Assembly: GCA_964016885.1 (NCBI GenBank)
Contig: OZ024743.1
Span: 306,652,001 to 306,716,000, forward strand
From: Eledone cirrhosa
Taxonomy: Eukaryota
Length of the DNA stretch: 64,000 nt
Reading direction: 5' to 3'
The notes beneath the pieces are model-generated. The model worked only from the letters and a program-made list of their open reading frames with translations. It made no database searches and was not told where the DNA came from. This document shows, piece by piece, positions 15,203-27,768 of the stretch (the first letter of the stretch is position 1; each line of letters begins with the position of its first letter). Made by a program: the position numbers and the translations under genes.

Positions 15203-15730
15203 AAATAATTGTTTCTACGTTTGGCATAAGGCCAGCAATTACCCAGTGCATTACTGGTACTTTATTTTATCGACCCCGTAAGGATGAAAGGCAAAGTTAA
15301 CCTCGGCGGGGTGAACTCAGAATGGCAAGAGCCGTAACTCTATACGTCAAAGGATGGTGTCCGACCCTCTACCGATACTGCCAATCCACCGCCCTTGGTA
15401 TAAAATAATAACAAACCAAACAAAAAATAAAAAAGAGTATTCTAAAGTGAATTTCCGAAAGAAAAGAGGAATCGGACACTCCATGAATAGATACCCTGTA
15501 TACAGTGTTCATTATTTTACTACATTTTACCATAGAGGGTGGATTGGCAATATCGGTAGAGGGTCGGACGCTATGCTTTGACGCATAGAGTTACGGCCCT
15601 TGCCATTCTGAGTTCAAATCCCGTCGAGGTTAACTTTGCCTTTCATCCTTACGGGGTCGATAAAATAAAGTACCAGTAATGCACTGGGTAATTGCTGGCC
15701 TTGTGCTAATAGTAGAAACAATTATTTTAC
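15203..15730. mobile_element. Head-to-head inverted pair of family-A SINEs
   Basis: Minus copy at about 15205-15395 and plus copy at about 15537-15730; the mirror extends into flanking bases (TAAAATAATTGTTTCTAC / GTAGAAACAATTATTTTA). Confidence 0.85.
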
Positions 15731-16026
15731 TACATTATCCAGTAGGTCCCCCTCGCATTTCTCCAGGGCAATGTCTTCTCCATTCTGTCGACCGGGACCA
15801 CGAGGTCGACTAACCCTTAAAACAGTGTGTAGTAAATACAGATCTCTCTCGCTCTCTCTTTCCCTCACACACTCACACACGCGCGCGCGCCCTCACTCAC
15901 GCACAAAGAGAGAGAGAGAATAAATAAGAATAACGTAGTATTTGTATAGGAACTAGATTAATACAAATAAAACTCCAAGATCAGTTTGAAAAAGAAACGA
16001 GTACACATCTTCAGAAAGAATCCCTT

Positions 16027-16069
<43 letters not shown>

Positions 16070-16302
16070 TAAATGAACGAATTGCCATGCTAGTAAATGA
16101 AGAGAAGGAATGGTAGTATAACTAAACAGAGTGATGTAGTTAGCACAATGGCGGTGTAACTAAACAAAGTATGGCTGCATTCTCTCAAATATTCTAACAA
16201 ATGCTTAAAATAAGGTTGTAAGATGAAAAATAAATAGTAAGCATATTATACACACTAAACGATAAATTGATTAATTTTTGATAAAAATAGGAAAAACAAC
16301 TG

Positions 16303-16346
16303 TGCACCTGCCGAGAATCGGACCCGGGTCGCCCGCATGGCAGGCG
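16303..16346 (-). pseudogene. 3' half of a degenerate tRNA-Gly(GCC)
   Basis: Reverse complement CGCCTGCCATGCGGGCGACCCGGGTCCGATTCTCGGCAGGTGCA; D-arm missing. Confidence 0.6.
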
Positions 16347-16451
16347 TGGTAACGACAATGCCATGCTTAAAACTATTTATCAATGAAAACAGCCACCACA
16401 TATTTATTTGTGATTTTATATAATGCTTAAGATAGCTACCTATTTATCTTT

Positions 16452-16805
16452 TGGCAGTATCGGTAGAGGGTCGGACGCCATGCTTTGCAGCAAAGAGTTA
16501 CGGCCCTTTATGGTCTGCGTTCAAATCCCGCCGAGGTTAGCTTTGCCTTTCATCCTTACGGGGTCGATAAAATAAAGTACCAGTAATAGACTGGGATAAT
16601 TGTGGCCTTGTGCCAAAAAGTAGAAGCAATTATATGTCTGTTAGTAGGGCAGTGGCTTAACAGTAATTTGTAGAGCGTCAGCCAACATACTTTACGGTAT
16701 AGAGTTATATCCCTTAACGCTCTGGGTTTCAAATCCCGCCGAGGTTAGCTTTGCCTTTGTCGTTAAAATAAAGTACTAATAATGTACGGGGTCGATTTAA
16801 TCGAC
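16452..16805 (+). mobile_element. Two family-A SINE copies, the second degenerate
   Basis: A-box, B-box and core motif present. Confidence 0.8.
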
Positions 16806-17383
16806 TTTCTCTGTGGTGGTGGTAATAGTAGTAGTAGTAGTAGAGGTAGTAGTAGTAGTGGTGGTGGTGGTGGTGGTGGTGGTGGTGGTCGTCGTCGTCG
16901 TCGTCGTCGTCATGGTGGTCTGGGATGGTTTAACGATATGCTGAAATGTTCATGTGATGATGTGGACGGTGGCGATACAGAATTGGAGTTTTAGAAACAG
17001 TGGTAGAAGGATGAGGTGAGAGAGAGACGGAAGGGGAGAGGAGTACTGGTTAGAAAGAGAGGGGAGAGAGAGGGTGGTGGAGAAAGGCGGAGACGAAATC
17101 TGGACAGATTAGAGAGACAAATCTAGAAACAGATGGATCATAAATTGATATCATAGTCATTGTCGTTGTTGCTGTTGTCGTTATTGCTGTTGTCGCGTCG
17201 GGTTGAAGAATAAGGCGTTATATGGAGGAAGAGTCTGACATTGATATACATATATATATATATATACATACACACATATATATATACATAGACACACACA
17301 CACATATATATATACATAGACACACACACACATATATATATACATACACACATACTTGCATATATATATATATATATATACAC

Positions 17384-17458
<75 letters not shown>

Positions 17459-18274
17459 CGTGTGTGTGTGTGTATGTATAAATATATGGAAAGCGTTGTG
17501 GGGGCAATATGAATAATTGGGGAGTGGTGCAGGAAAGAAGAAAGGAAGATCAGAGGATGATTGAAAGGAAAATAGTTTGAAAAAAATAGTGGTTAATTCT
17601 GTGAGGGACGAAGAAGTGTGTCGTGGTCCCATTCTTGTTCGGGGTGAAAGGGTTAGCTCTTAAAATGGCGGCTGAAGACAAAGCGTGTGAGGGCGGAGTT
17701 TGAGGTAAACTTCTTTGTTGAGCCGTTGACTTCATTAGGCCGATATCTACCACTACCACAGCTACCAGCACCACCACAGCACCACCATAACTACCACTAC
17801 AACCTCACCCACCACAGCTACCAGCACCACCACAACACCACCACAACACCACTATTACTACCACTACAATTACAACCTCCACAGCTCTCAGCACCACCAC
17901 AACACCACCATAGCTACCACTACAATCACAACCACCACAGTTACTACTATTGGAAACTCCCAATCCACCATAACGATCACCACCACCACCACAATTCCAG
18001 GACGCGAGAATGGCCAAATGTTTACTAAGTTCCCTTCACTATTACAAGTTTCTGGGTTCAATCTCACTAAATGGTATCTTAAGGGAAGTATCATTTACTA
18101 TGGTCCTCGGTTGACCCAAATTTTATGAGTAAAATTAAATAGAAATTGTTTTAAACCAGCTGGTTGGATTTTACCTGTAATTCAATGGGGTAACTTTGTC
18201 ACGCTGTGAAATATCGCTAATGTGTGTTAAGGACATACATATGTATGTATGTTTGTATGTATGTATGTATGTAT

Positions 18275-18791
18275 GTTCTTCTGGTTTTATAATTTCACAA
18301 AGTTTTACCAATAGAGAGAGTCGGTTTCTAACATAGATACAAGACTCTCTCATTGGAATTTACACAACATCAACTAGGTAGATATGTATGCATGTCTGCA
18401 TGCATGCATGTGTAGGTATGGACGTTATTGTATGTGTGGGTGTGGATGTTTTGAGTTGTATGTGTGCATATGTATACGCTTTGTATCTGTACATGTGTAT
18501 ATGCAGTTATTAGATGCAAAATGTTTGGAATGTTTTACATATTTTTACTGTTCAATTAATGGATTGTACTTGTAATTTCCTAACTAGTTGTGTTCTTTCT
18601 GTTCCTGTGAAGCCGAGCTTCTCAAGATTTGTATTGAGGCAGTTACTAACATACCCCAGTGCCCCAATAATCACAGGCATAAATCTGAATGTATAATCAG
18701 GGTGGAGATTTCTCATTAGTTCTGCATAAATATTCTCCTTTTTGCTAATCTTTGATATTATATTGGCATCTGCTGGGCAGCTAACTTCCAT
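18275..18791 (-). mobile_element. 3' fragment of an RLE-type (R4/Dong-like) non-LTR retrotransposon embedded in (TACA)n
   Basis: EVSCPADANI..K..K...Y.EL......F.PVIIGALG resembles the C-terminus of a restriction-like endonuclease; bounded on both sides by (ATGT)n. Confidence 0.65.
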
Positions 18792-18819
18792 GTATGTATG
18801 TATGTATGTATGTATGTAT

Positions 18820-19135
18820 CATCGCGCAGTTAAACCACTAGGAGTGAAGGACCCCTAGTCTTTGTCAAGGCATTTTTCTAGGAGAATGCAACTCAGAAAA
18901 CTGGGATAACTCCGACATAAAACCTGCGGCTCAGTAGTTACCGATGATGTTGATATTTTCTTCTTTTCGGGTTATAGCTAGTGTCGCTCAGAGAGTGGGA
19001 TTGGCCCAGTGCACAGTCTTTCCTCACTTTAAAAAAAATCTTCACGCACAGGCACTGCACGCTAGAATTAATTGATAATTATTAATATTATATCGTGCAA
19101 TCGCTATATTCGATAACGAGGGGGGAGCCATCATG
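18820..19135 (-). mobile_element. (TACA)n-anchored dispersed repeat; inverted copy at about 25500-25702
   Basis: TTCTTTTCGGGTTATAGCT..GTCGCTCAGAGAGTGGGATTGG..CAGTGCACAGTCTTTCCTCACTTTAAAA is present here and as its reverse complement at 25605-25700. Confidence 0.75.
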
Positions 19136-20189
19136 TATGTATGAACGTACGTGTATGTATGTATGTATGTATGTATGTATGTATGTATGTATGTATGTAT
19201 GTATGTACGTATGTATGTATGTATGTATGTATGCTTTATATCTGGAGATCTCTCTGCACTTGTCGTCACATGCTACCATGGGCCCAGCACTATGTGTCAA
19301 TAATTGTCACAAGTGTAGTGTTTGTACCAGAGTTTTCTAGTCACTGGCTGGACTAAAAAGTCACACTCGTTCAGCGCATCGGTAGGGGTTCTCCTACATG
19401 GATGTAAAGTAGTGGCCGTACTCGAAAACGAGTTGGCAGCCACCATGTATGTATGTATGTATGTATGTATGTATGTATGTATGTATGTATGTATGTATGT
19501 ATGTATGTATGTATGTATGTATGTATATACGTATCAGAAACTCGCGAGGGAGTCGTAGAGGCACCATCATGGTATGCGGTGATTCTATGATAATTTATAC
19601 CTGGCGGAGCCCATCTCCTCTCCAGGTGTGAACACAGCTGATTTCTTCCAGAGAAGGAAAGAATTACAGCCCTTTATATACTGAATTCAAATCTTGCTGA
19701 AATTAGCTTTGCTTTTCATAGGGAGAAAAGGGGGCAAGATCTTTTTGTTTTGACTGAGCATCAAAATTAGACGCTCTGATAAAACGCTGGATGAGTTACC
19801 TGGCCGTATTTGTTCCGACTGTTTCGTTTTTAGTTAAAAGCTCAGTGGCCTACTTGTATAGAAGACATAATAAGTTTCACGATTTAACACCAACGTCTCT
19901 CATCAAGGTGTCTTTAACTGAGTCCAGCTTGTTGCAAGCAGTTGGGTTGGGTCTCCAGTTTTAATTTATAGTCCTCCCCCATCATTTCACCCAAGCCTAG
20001 GACACCTCAGAAACGTCGTGGATACAACTCAACAACCGACCGACCCCTGACTAAACAGTAAAAGAAAGAAATATTCGAAAGTGAAATCTTGAATTAAACA
20101 GATTAGGTTAAAACAGGAATGGGAAGCACAATAGTATTTAGTAATTCACATTGAATTATTAATGCATAAAAGTAAAATATTGAAAGAGA

Positions 20190-20260
20190 TGCATCGTCCG
20201 GAAATCGAACCCGTGCCCCCCGCGTGGCAGGAGAGTATTCTACCACTGAACCACCGATGC
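20190..20260 (-). pseudogene. tRNA-Gly(GCC) copy with stem mismatches, probable pseudogene
   Basis: 71 nt; several substitutions relative to the intact copy break the anticodon, T and acceptor stems. Confidence 0.75.
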
Positions 20261-21173
20261 TAACGAATGACAGTGTTTATGAATGAAAATTTACATCATA
20301 TATGTAAATTGATGCAATGTTCACCACTGAAATAAATACTATATACATGTTTTGATCGATAAATACTATGTGCATGTGTCACATTGACCAATTTAAATGT
20401 TATTATACATTCAGTTCTATCCAGGAGTGGAGGTACGTTACCAAATGGTAAGGGGTTACGATAATCATATCATGAGTTCGATGCCTGGACCAGGTTGTGT
20501 ATTATACTTTTTTCTTAGCAAAACACTTTATTTCACATTACTCAAGTTTACTTAGACGGAGATTAGTATCAGCAATAGCTGAGGGTTTAACACTGCAATC
20601 GACTAGCGTCCTGGTCGGGGTTTGGGTCTTTTACTCTCAGTCGCATAATGCCAAGAAAACCGGGATAGGCTCCTGCCTGGTGAGGCTCAGGGTTCGGGAC
20701 AGACTTTACTTCACACCTTGCCGAACTCTTTGTTTCGGCAGAGACTCAAATTTAGAGGCTCTGAGAAAACTGTCGATGAGATTCCTGACCGTATTTGTTC
20801 CGACTCTTTTTCCATTCTTAGTTAAAATCTTACTGCGGCCTATTTACATAGAAGACATAATGCGTCCGACGATTTAATACCACAATCTGGCCTTACGGTA
20901 GCTTTAGCGAAGTCCAATTTGTTGCAAGTGTTCTGGCTGGGTCTTCAGTTTTAAAATATCGTTCTATCTATTATTTCCCCATAGCCTAGGAAACCCTTAG
21001 AATCGTCGAAGGTATAATTCAACCCTGCCCCACCCCTGATTAAACAGTAAAAGAAATAAATAATTCGAAAGTGAAATTTTGAAACAGATTAGATTCAAAC
21101 AGGAATGGAAAACACGTCAATATTCAATGATATTATTAATGAATAAGAATAAAATATTTAAGAAAAATGTAGA

Positions 21174-21244
21174 TGCATCGGCCGGGAATCGAACCCGGGC
21201 CGCCCGCGTGGCAGGCGAGCATTCTACCACTGAACCACCGATGC
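21174..21244 (-). tRNA. trnG-GCC: tRNA-Gly(GCC), intact
   Basis: GCATCGGTGGTTCAGTGGTAGAATGCTCGCCTGCCACGCGGGCGGCCCGGGTTCGATTCCCGGCCGATGCA gives a canonical cloverleaf; T-run terminator a few nt downstream. Confidence 0.95.
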
Positions 21245-22610
21245 TAACGAATAATTCGTCTTTAAGAAGTGTTTATGAATGAAAATTAACATCCTACATG
21301 TCAATTTGATGCAATGTTCACCACTGAAATAAATATTATATACATGTTTCAAATCGATAAATACTGTATACATGTGTCTCATTGACCAATCTAAATGGTA
21401 TATATATAGAGGTGGAGGTACATGATAAGGTGGTATGGGTGTTGAACTTACGGTCATCAATATCGTAGGTTCGATTCCTGGACCAGGTAGTGTGTTGTGT
21501 CTTTTCAAGCATAACACTTCATTTGACGTTGCTCCAGCATACTCAACTGAAAATGAGTACCAACAATAGCTGGAGGTTTAACTTTGTGATGGACTGGTGT
21601 CCTGTCCAGGGGCGTGGGGGAGTCAAGTACTCTCAGTTGCTTTACGCCACGGAAACCGAGTTTGACACCAGCCTGATGAGCCTCTGGATTCGCGACACTT
21701 TTTTTCTATTTCTGTTCCGGCAACTAATCACCTCTTATCTAACAAGCAGTGTTACTACAGTAGTAGTAGTAGTAGTAGTAGTAGATATCTTTTCTCTTAT
21801 TATTACATTCCCCGAAGAGATGTGGATTGGCAGTAATCGGTAGAGCGTCGGACAACATGTTTTGTGGCATAGAATTGCGTCCTTTTACTTTCTGAGTTCA
21901 AATCACGGCGAAGTTAACTTTGCATTTCATCCTACCAGGGTCGATAAAATAATGTACCAGTCACGTACTGGGGTTAATGTACTCGACTTGCCCCATCCGC
22001 AAAATAGTTGACGTTGTGCCTATCTCAGTAATCATCATTAACTAACTCTGGATGGTAGATTGGCAGTACCTGTAGACCGTCGGACAGCATGCTTTATTTC
22101 GGACAACATATTTACAGTGTACTGAGTTCAAATCTTGTCAAAGATTATTTTTGCCTTTCATAGGGAGTAGAGAGAGCGACATCTTTTTGTTTTAACTGAG
22201 CCTCAAATATAGAGGCTCTGGGAAAACGCTGGATGAGTTGCCTAGCCGTATTTGTTCCGACACTTTTCGTTTTTAGTTAAAAGCTCAATGGCCTTCTTGT
22301 ATAGAACTAATCCGTCCTATGAATTAACACCTTAGAATTTGTTGTAAGTATTCTGGCTGGGTCTCCAGTTTTAAAATATCGTCCTCTATTTATTCTTTCC
22401 CCATCGCCTATGAAACCCTGAAACATGTCAAGGGTATAATTCAACCCCCACCCCACCCCTGATTAAACAGTAAAACAACTAAATTATTCGAAAGTGAATT
22501 CTTGTATTAAACAGATTAGATTGAAACAGGAATCGAAAACACGTCAGTATTCAGTGACTTACACCAAATTATTAATGCATAAAAATACAATATTGAAAGA
22601 AAAATGTAGA

Positions 22611-22681
22611 TGCATCGGACGGGAGTAGAACCCGGGCCGTCCGCGTGGCAGGCGAGCATTCTACCACTGAACCACCGATGC
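22611..22681 (-). pseudogene. tRNA-Gly(GCC) copy with a damaged B-box
   Basis: T-loop reads TTCTACT, with a T-stem mismatch. Confidence 0.75.
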
Positions 22682-23636
22682 CGACGAATTATACACCTTT
22701 TAGAAGTGTTTATGAACGAAAATTGATATCCTACATGTCAATTTGATACAGTGTTCACCACTGAAATAAATATTATATACATGTTTCAACTGATAAATAC
22801 TATGTACACGTGTCACATTGACCAATCTAAATGTTATTATACATACAGTTCTATATAGGAGTGGAGGTACGTGACCAAGTGGAAAGGGTGTTGGGTTACG
22901 ATCATCATATTGTGAGTTCGATGCTTGGACCAGCAAATCACTTTTTTTCACGTTGTTCAAGTACGCTGAGCCGAGAATTAGTACTAGCAATAACTGGCAG
23001 TTTAATTCTGTGATGGATGGGCGTCATGTCCTGGTGTAGGGTCTTCAACTCTCACTTTGCGCCACCGAAACCGGGATAGGCATCGGGCTGCAGAGCCTTG
23101 GGGTTTGAGACAGGCTTCTTTTGCAAATCTTGCCGAAATTAACTTTGCCTTTCATAGGGAGAAATGAGGGCGAAACCCTTTTGTTTTGACTGAGCCTCAA
23201 ATTTAGAGGCTCTGAGAAAATTCTGTATGAGTTGCCAAATCGTATTTCACCCGATTCTTTTCGTTCATAGTTAAAAGCTCACTGTGGCCTACTTGCAAAA
23301 AAGACATAATTCGTCCTACGAATTAACACCACTGTCTGTCCTTAGAGTGTCTTTAGCGAAGTCGAGCGTGTTGCAAGAAGTCGTGTGGGTCTCCAGTTTT
23401 AAGATATCGTCCTCTATCAATCCTTTCCACGCAGCCGAGGAACCCCTGAGAAACTTCGAGGGTTTTATTCAACTTGCTTCCCACCCCTGACTAAACAGTA
23501 AAATAAATCATTTATTCGAAAGCGAATTCTTGAATTCAACAAATTAGATTTAAACAGGAATTAAAAGCACATCAGTTTTCAGTGATTTACATCAAATTAT
23601 TATTATATATAAACAAAATATTGAAAAGCAAATTAA

Positions 23637-23707
23637 TGCATCAGCCGGGAATTGAACATTGGCCTCCCGCGTGGTAGGCGAGCATTCTACCACTGAACCA
23701 CCGATGC
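23637..23707 (-). pseudogene. tRNA-Gly copy with anticodon ACC and a damaged T-arm
   Basis: Reverse complement ...CGCCTACCACGCGG...CCAATGTTCAATTCCCGG. Confidence 0.75.
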
Positions 23708-23980
23708 TGACAAGTAAAACAACTTTCCGAAGTGTTTATGAATGAAAATTGACATCATACATGTCAATTTGATGCAATGTTCACCACTGAAATAAAGACT
23801 ATGTGCATGTTGCAATCAATAAACACTGTATACACGTGTCACATTGATCAATCTAAATGGTTTATATATAGAGGTGGAGGTACGTGACTTAGTAGTAAGG
23901 TTGTTGGAGTTACGATCATCAAATTATACGTTCGATTCCTGGACTAGGTTGTGTGTTGTGTTTTTTTTGTTGTTTTTTTT

Positions 23981-24420
23981 GTGCCAACCCTTACCTATGG
24001 TCATAAATCTCGGGTAATGACCGAAAGAATAAGATCGCGAATACAAACAGCATAAATGGGATTCTTCCGAAGGGTCTTTGGAGTAACGTTACTCAATAAA
24101 GTGCGTAGTTCGGAGATCAGAGAGTCACTCCTGGTAGAGCCGCTACTTCTCCGAAATGAGAGATCACAGTTTCGAAACTATGGGCATGTGGTTAGATGTT
24201 TCAAGAAAGAATCGCTGGAAATATTTTACGGGCGAAACCAACAGGTAAGAGACCCACAGGTAGAACTCCAGCAAGATGGTTGGATAACATCCATGAGCTT
24301 GGGCACGCGTGGGGACCCACCGGATCAGTTGGTGACAGTTGTTTCTAACAGGAAGGAGTTTTTGAGGGCCCTGCTCCCACGACCCTCTCAGGAATAAGTG
24401 GAAGACGAAGAAGAAGACTT
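23981..24420 (+). mobile_element. 3' fragment of an RTE-clade LINE (Rex3/Expander-like)
   Basis: PTLTYG..MTERIRSRIQ..MGFFRRVFGVTLLNKVRSSEIRESL.VEPLLLR.ERSQ..YGHVVR; GAAGA-rich tail; stop and frameshift present. Confidence 0.8.
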
Positions 24421-25007
24421 CATTTGGCGTTCTGTCCTCCAAGGTGGTGGGAATTTTGTACACAGGGATGCCGGGATAGGCACCGGCCAGATTAATATAT
24501 AAAAATAAATTATTGAAAGAAAACTATTAATCCCGCCGGAGTTAACTTTGCCTGGTCGATAAAATAAAGCACCAGGGTCGATTTAATCAATTTTCCCCCT
24601 CGCACAAAATTGTTGGCCTTGTGCCTAAATCAGAAATTATTATTAAATTCTACGATGTTAAAAGTACATAAGTCGGCAGAACACACGATAAAAACTACGT
24701 TCTTCTACTGATTTCTGTCATTATTAAAAATATGTATTATTCACAGTTGTATAAATAACATTACAAATGTTTGATAATGCTTACAGAATGAAAATATAAA
24801 CGCATATAATAAATACAATTATATATTATATATACAATTATATATTATCAAAGTCAAAGAAGAAGAAACAAACAAACAAAAATAACCATCAATTCACCAC
24901 CAAGCGTCAAAGGAGATTTTTTAGTCTAGCCAATACACTCGCAGAATTACCGTGGGTGGTGGCGAGGCTAAGGCGCTGAAACAACTAGGCACCCTGACGG
25001 GTGTCAG

Positions 25008-25375
25008 GTGGATTGGCAGTATCGGTAGAGGGTCGGACGCCATGCTTTGATGCATAGTTACGGTCCTTGCCATTCTGAGTTCAAATCCCACCGAGGTTAA
25101 CTTTGCCTGTCATCCTTACGGGCCGATAAAATAAAGTACCAGTAATACACTGAGTAATTGCTGGCCTTGTGCCAAAAGTAGAAACAATTATATACATACA
25201 TACAAGGGCGGTGGATTGGCAGTATCGGTAGAGTCGGATACCATGCTTTGCAGCATAGAGTTACGGTCCTTTACGGGGTGGATAAAATAAAGCACCAGTA
25301 ATGTACTGGGGTCGATTTAATTGACTTTCCCATCCCCCCAAACCACTGGCCTTGTGCTTATACTAGAAATCATTA
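25008..25375 (+). mobile_element. Two family-A SINE copies
   Basis: GTGGATTGGCAGTATCGGTAGAG heads at about 25008 and 25211. Confidence 0.8.
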
Positions 25376-26271
25376 TATACATACACACATAAACACATAC
25401 ATACATACACACATACATACATAAATACATACATACATAGATGCATGCATACATACGTACACATATATATGCATACATACACACATAAACACATACATAC
25501 ATTATGGCTGCCCTCTCGTTATCGAGTATGGCCATTGCATGATATAACATTATTAATAATTATTAATGAATTCTATCGTGCAATGCCTGTGCGTGAAGAT
25601 ATTTTTTAAAGTGAGGAAAGACTGTGCACTGAGCCAATCCCACTCTCTGAGCGACAGTAGCTATAACCCGAAAAGAAGAAAAGATCAACATCATCGGTAA
25701 CTACATACATACATGCATACATACATACATGCATACATGCCTACATACATACTTACATACATACACACGTACACATATACATGTATACAAACAGACACTG
25801 ACACATACATACATACACACGTACCTACATACATACATACATACATACATACATACATACATACATACATACATACATACATGCACACACACACACACAC
25901 ACACACACATAAACGAGGGGGTTCAACAAATTCCACTTAAAAGTTATTAGTCCTAGGTGGTTGCCAAGCGAACTCTTTAACCATACAGCCATATTAAGCT
26001 TGTTACATACACAGTGCAATTGTACGGATACACACTGCTTTTAATAACAATTATGGAAGACTGGTTGACTATTAACTAACAATAGTGTCACGTGTCACCT
26101 GTAACAGGAAGGAAACTGACACCTTCACCACACACACACTCTCTCACTCTTATCCATTTATTACATATATATATTTATATATATGTATATATATATGTGT
26201 GTGTATGTGTGTGTGTGTGTGTGTGTGTGTATAATTGATATATACATAAACATTTAAGTTAAGGTTTATAA

Positions 26272-26298
26272 TACAAACACACATGCATACATATACAA

Positions 26299-26329
<31 letters not shown>

Positions 26330-26459
26330 TATATGTATGCATATATATATGTGTGTGTGTGGAAGTGCGGATGTATATATATAAACAAATCTTATATTAA
26401 TTAACTGGATTTCTCTTTTAGTAAAACTGAGTAATTGTTGATTGTTGTATATATGTATA

Positions 26460-26499
<40 letters not shown>

Positions 26500-26672
26500 A
26501 GAAACAACAATTACTCAGTTTTACTGAAAGAGAAATCCAGTTAATTAATATAAGATTTGTTTATATATATACATCCGCACTTACACACACACACATATAT
26601 ATATGCATACATATATGTATATATATATATATATATATGTATGTTTGTATATGTATGCATGTGTGTTTGTGT
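26272..26672. repeat. Inverted repeat around a (TA)n spacer
   Basis: AAGTGCGGATG..ATTAATTAACTGGATTTCTCTTT.AGTAAAACTGAGTAATTGTTG mirrored at about 26504-26582. Confidence 0.85.
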
Positions 26673-26697
26673 TATATGTATATACATAAGTATATAT

Positions 26698-26800
<103 letters not shown>

Positions 26801-26804
26801 GCTT

Positions 26805-26880
<76 letters not shown>

Positions 26881-26938
26881 AAGCAAATTATAAACGTAAA
26901 CATGTAAGTATGTTTTTGAAACGGTGCGCGAGTTTGAA

Positions 26939-27248
26939 ATTAGAAATTAGAAATTATAAGCTTTCACCGTATTTTAGACTAAAGAAATTTCTAGCCTGAT
27001 AGTGGGGTTTATAACCCTCGGAGAAATGGAAAAAGATGAGTGTTGCCGTACATGGGAGTCGAACCCACATCTTTGGTTATCCAGACCACTGTGCTACCAT
27101 TACACCAATACACATCCCGTGGGTTCGACTCCCATGTACGGCAACACTCATCTTTTTCCATTTCTCCGAGGGTTATAAACCCCACTATCAGGCTAGAAAT
27201 GTCTTTAGTCTAAAATACGGTGAAAGCTTATAATTTCTAATTTCTAAT
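26939..27248. repeat. Fold-back (130 bp arms) containing a tRNA-like head on the minus strand (about 27044-27113)
   Basis: Arms 26939-27069 and 27119-27248; minus strand has TGGTGTAATGG (A-box), TGGT-CTGGATA-ACCA and GGTTCGACTCC (B-box). Confidence 0.88.
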
Positions 27249-27266
27249 ATATATATATATATATAT

Positions 27267-27397
27267 ATATGAATAAAGTTGGTCCTTCATCAGTGATCTT
27301 CCAACCATCCTCGGTATTTCTTCGCTGTGGTCTTTAAAGCGAAGAAATACCGAGGATGGTTGGAAGATAACTGATGAAGGACCAACTTTATTCATAT
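27267..27397. repeat. 131 bp hairpin with a CTGATGA core in its arm
   Basis: ATGAATAAAGTTGGTCCTTCATCAG ... CTGATGAAGGACCAACTTTATTCAT. Confidence 0.9.
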
Positions 27398-27429
27398 GTA
27401 ACCCATTTGCAACCACGCAACACGTTTAT

Positions 27430-27467
<38 letters not shown>

Positions 27468-27506
27468 ATATTAAATAAATGGAAACTATATTTATAAAAC
27501 CATATT

Positions 27507-27568
27507 TATTCTATTATATATATTTCAAGGGTACCAAAAACTTTGGTACGCTATCATCAGATAAAATA
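27507..27568 (-). ncRNA. Minimal type-I hammerhead, mirror copy
   Basis: Reverse complement TATTTTAT-CTGATGA-..GTACCAAA..TTTGGTAC..-GAAA-TATATA-TA-ATAGAATA. Confidence 0.75.
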
Positions 27569-27706
27569 CGAAGTGTGTTTTATAAATTTTGACGTAACCA
27601 AGGAGAATATACCTTAACGGTTCAAGTTTTCCTTGGATAGTCAAGGAAAACTTGAACCGTTAAGGTATATTCTCCTTGGTTATGTCAAAACTTATAAAAC
27701 ACTTCG

Positions 27707-27768
27707 TATTTTATCTGATGATAGCGTACCAAAATTTTTGGTACCCTTGAAATATATATAATAGAATA
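27707..27768 (+). ncRNA. Minimal type-I hammerhead
   Basis: Stem I TATTTTAT/ATAGAATA (one G-U); CTGATGA 27715-27721; stem II GTACCAAAA/TTTTGGTAC; GAAA 27749-27752; AUA triplet. Confidence 0.78.

Larger units (their letters stand above)
19680..23965. repeat. Tandem segmental duplication, four units of about 1.0-1.4 kb, each with a tRNA-Gly and SINE fragments
   Basis: Shared blocks such as CCCCTGA(C/T)TAAACAGTAAAA..TTCGAAAG and CAATGTTCACCACTGAAATAAA recur near 20045, 21035, 22456 and 23484. Confidence 0.92.
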
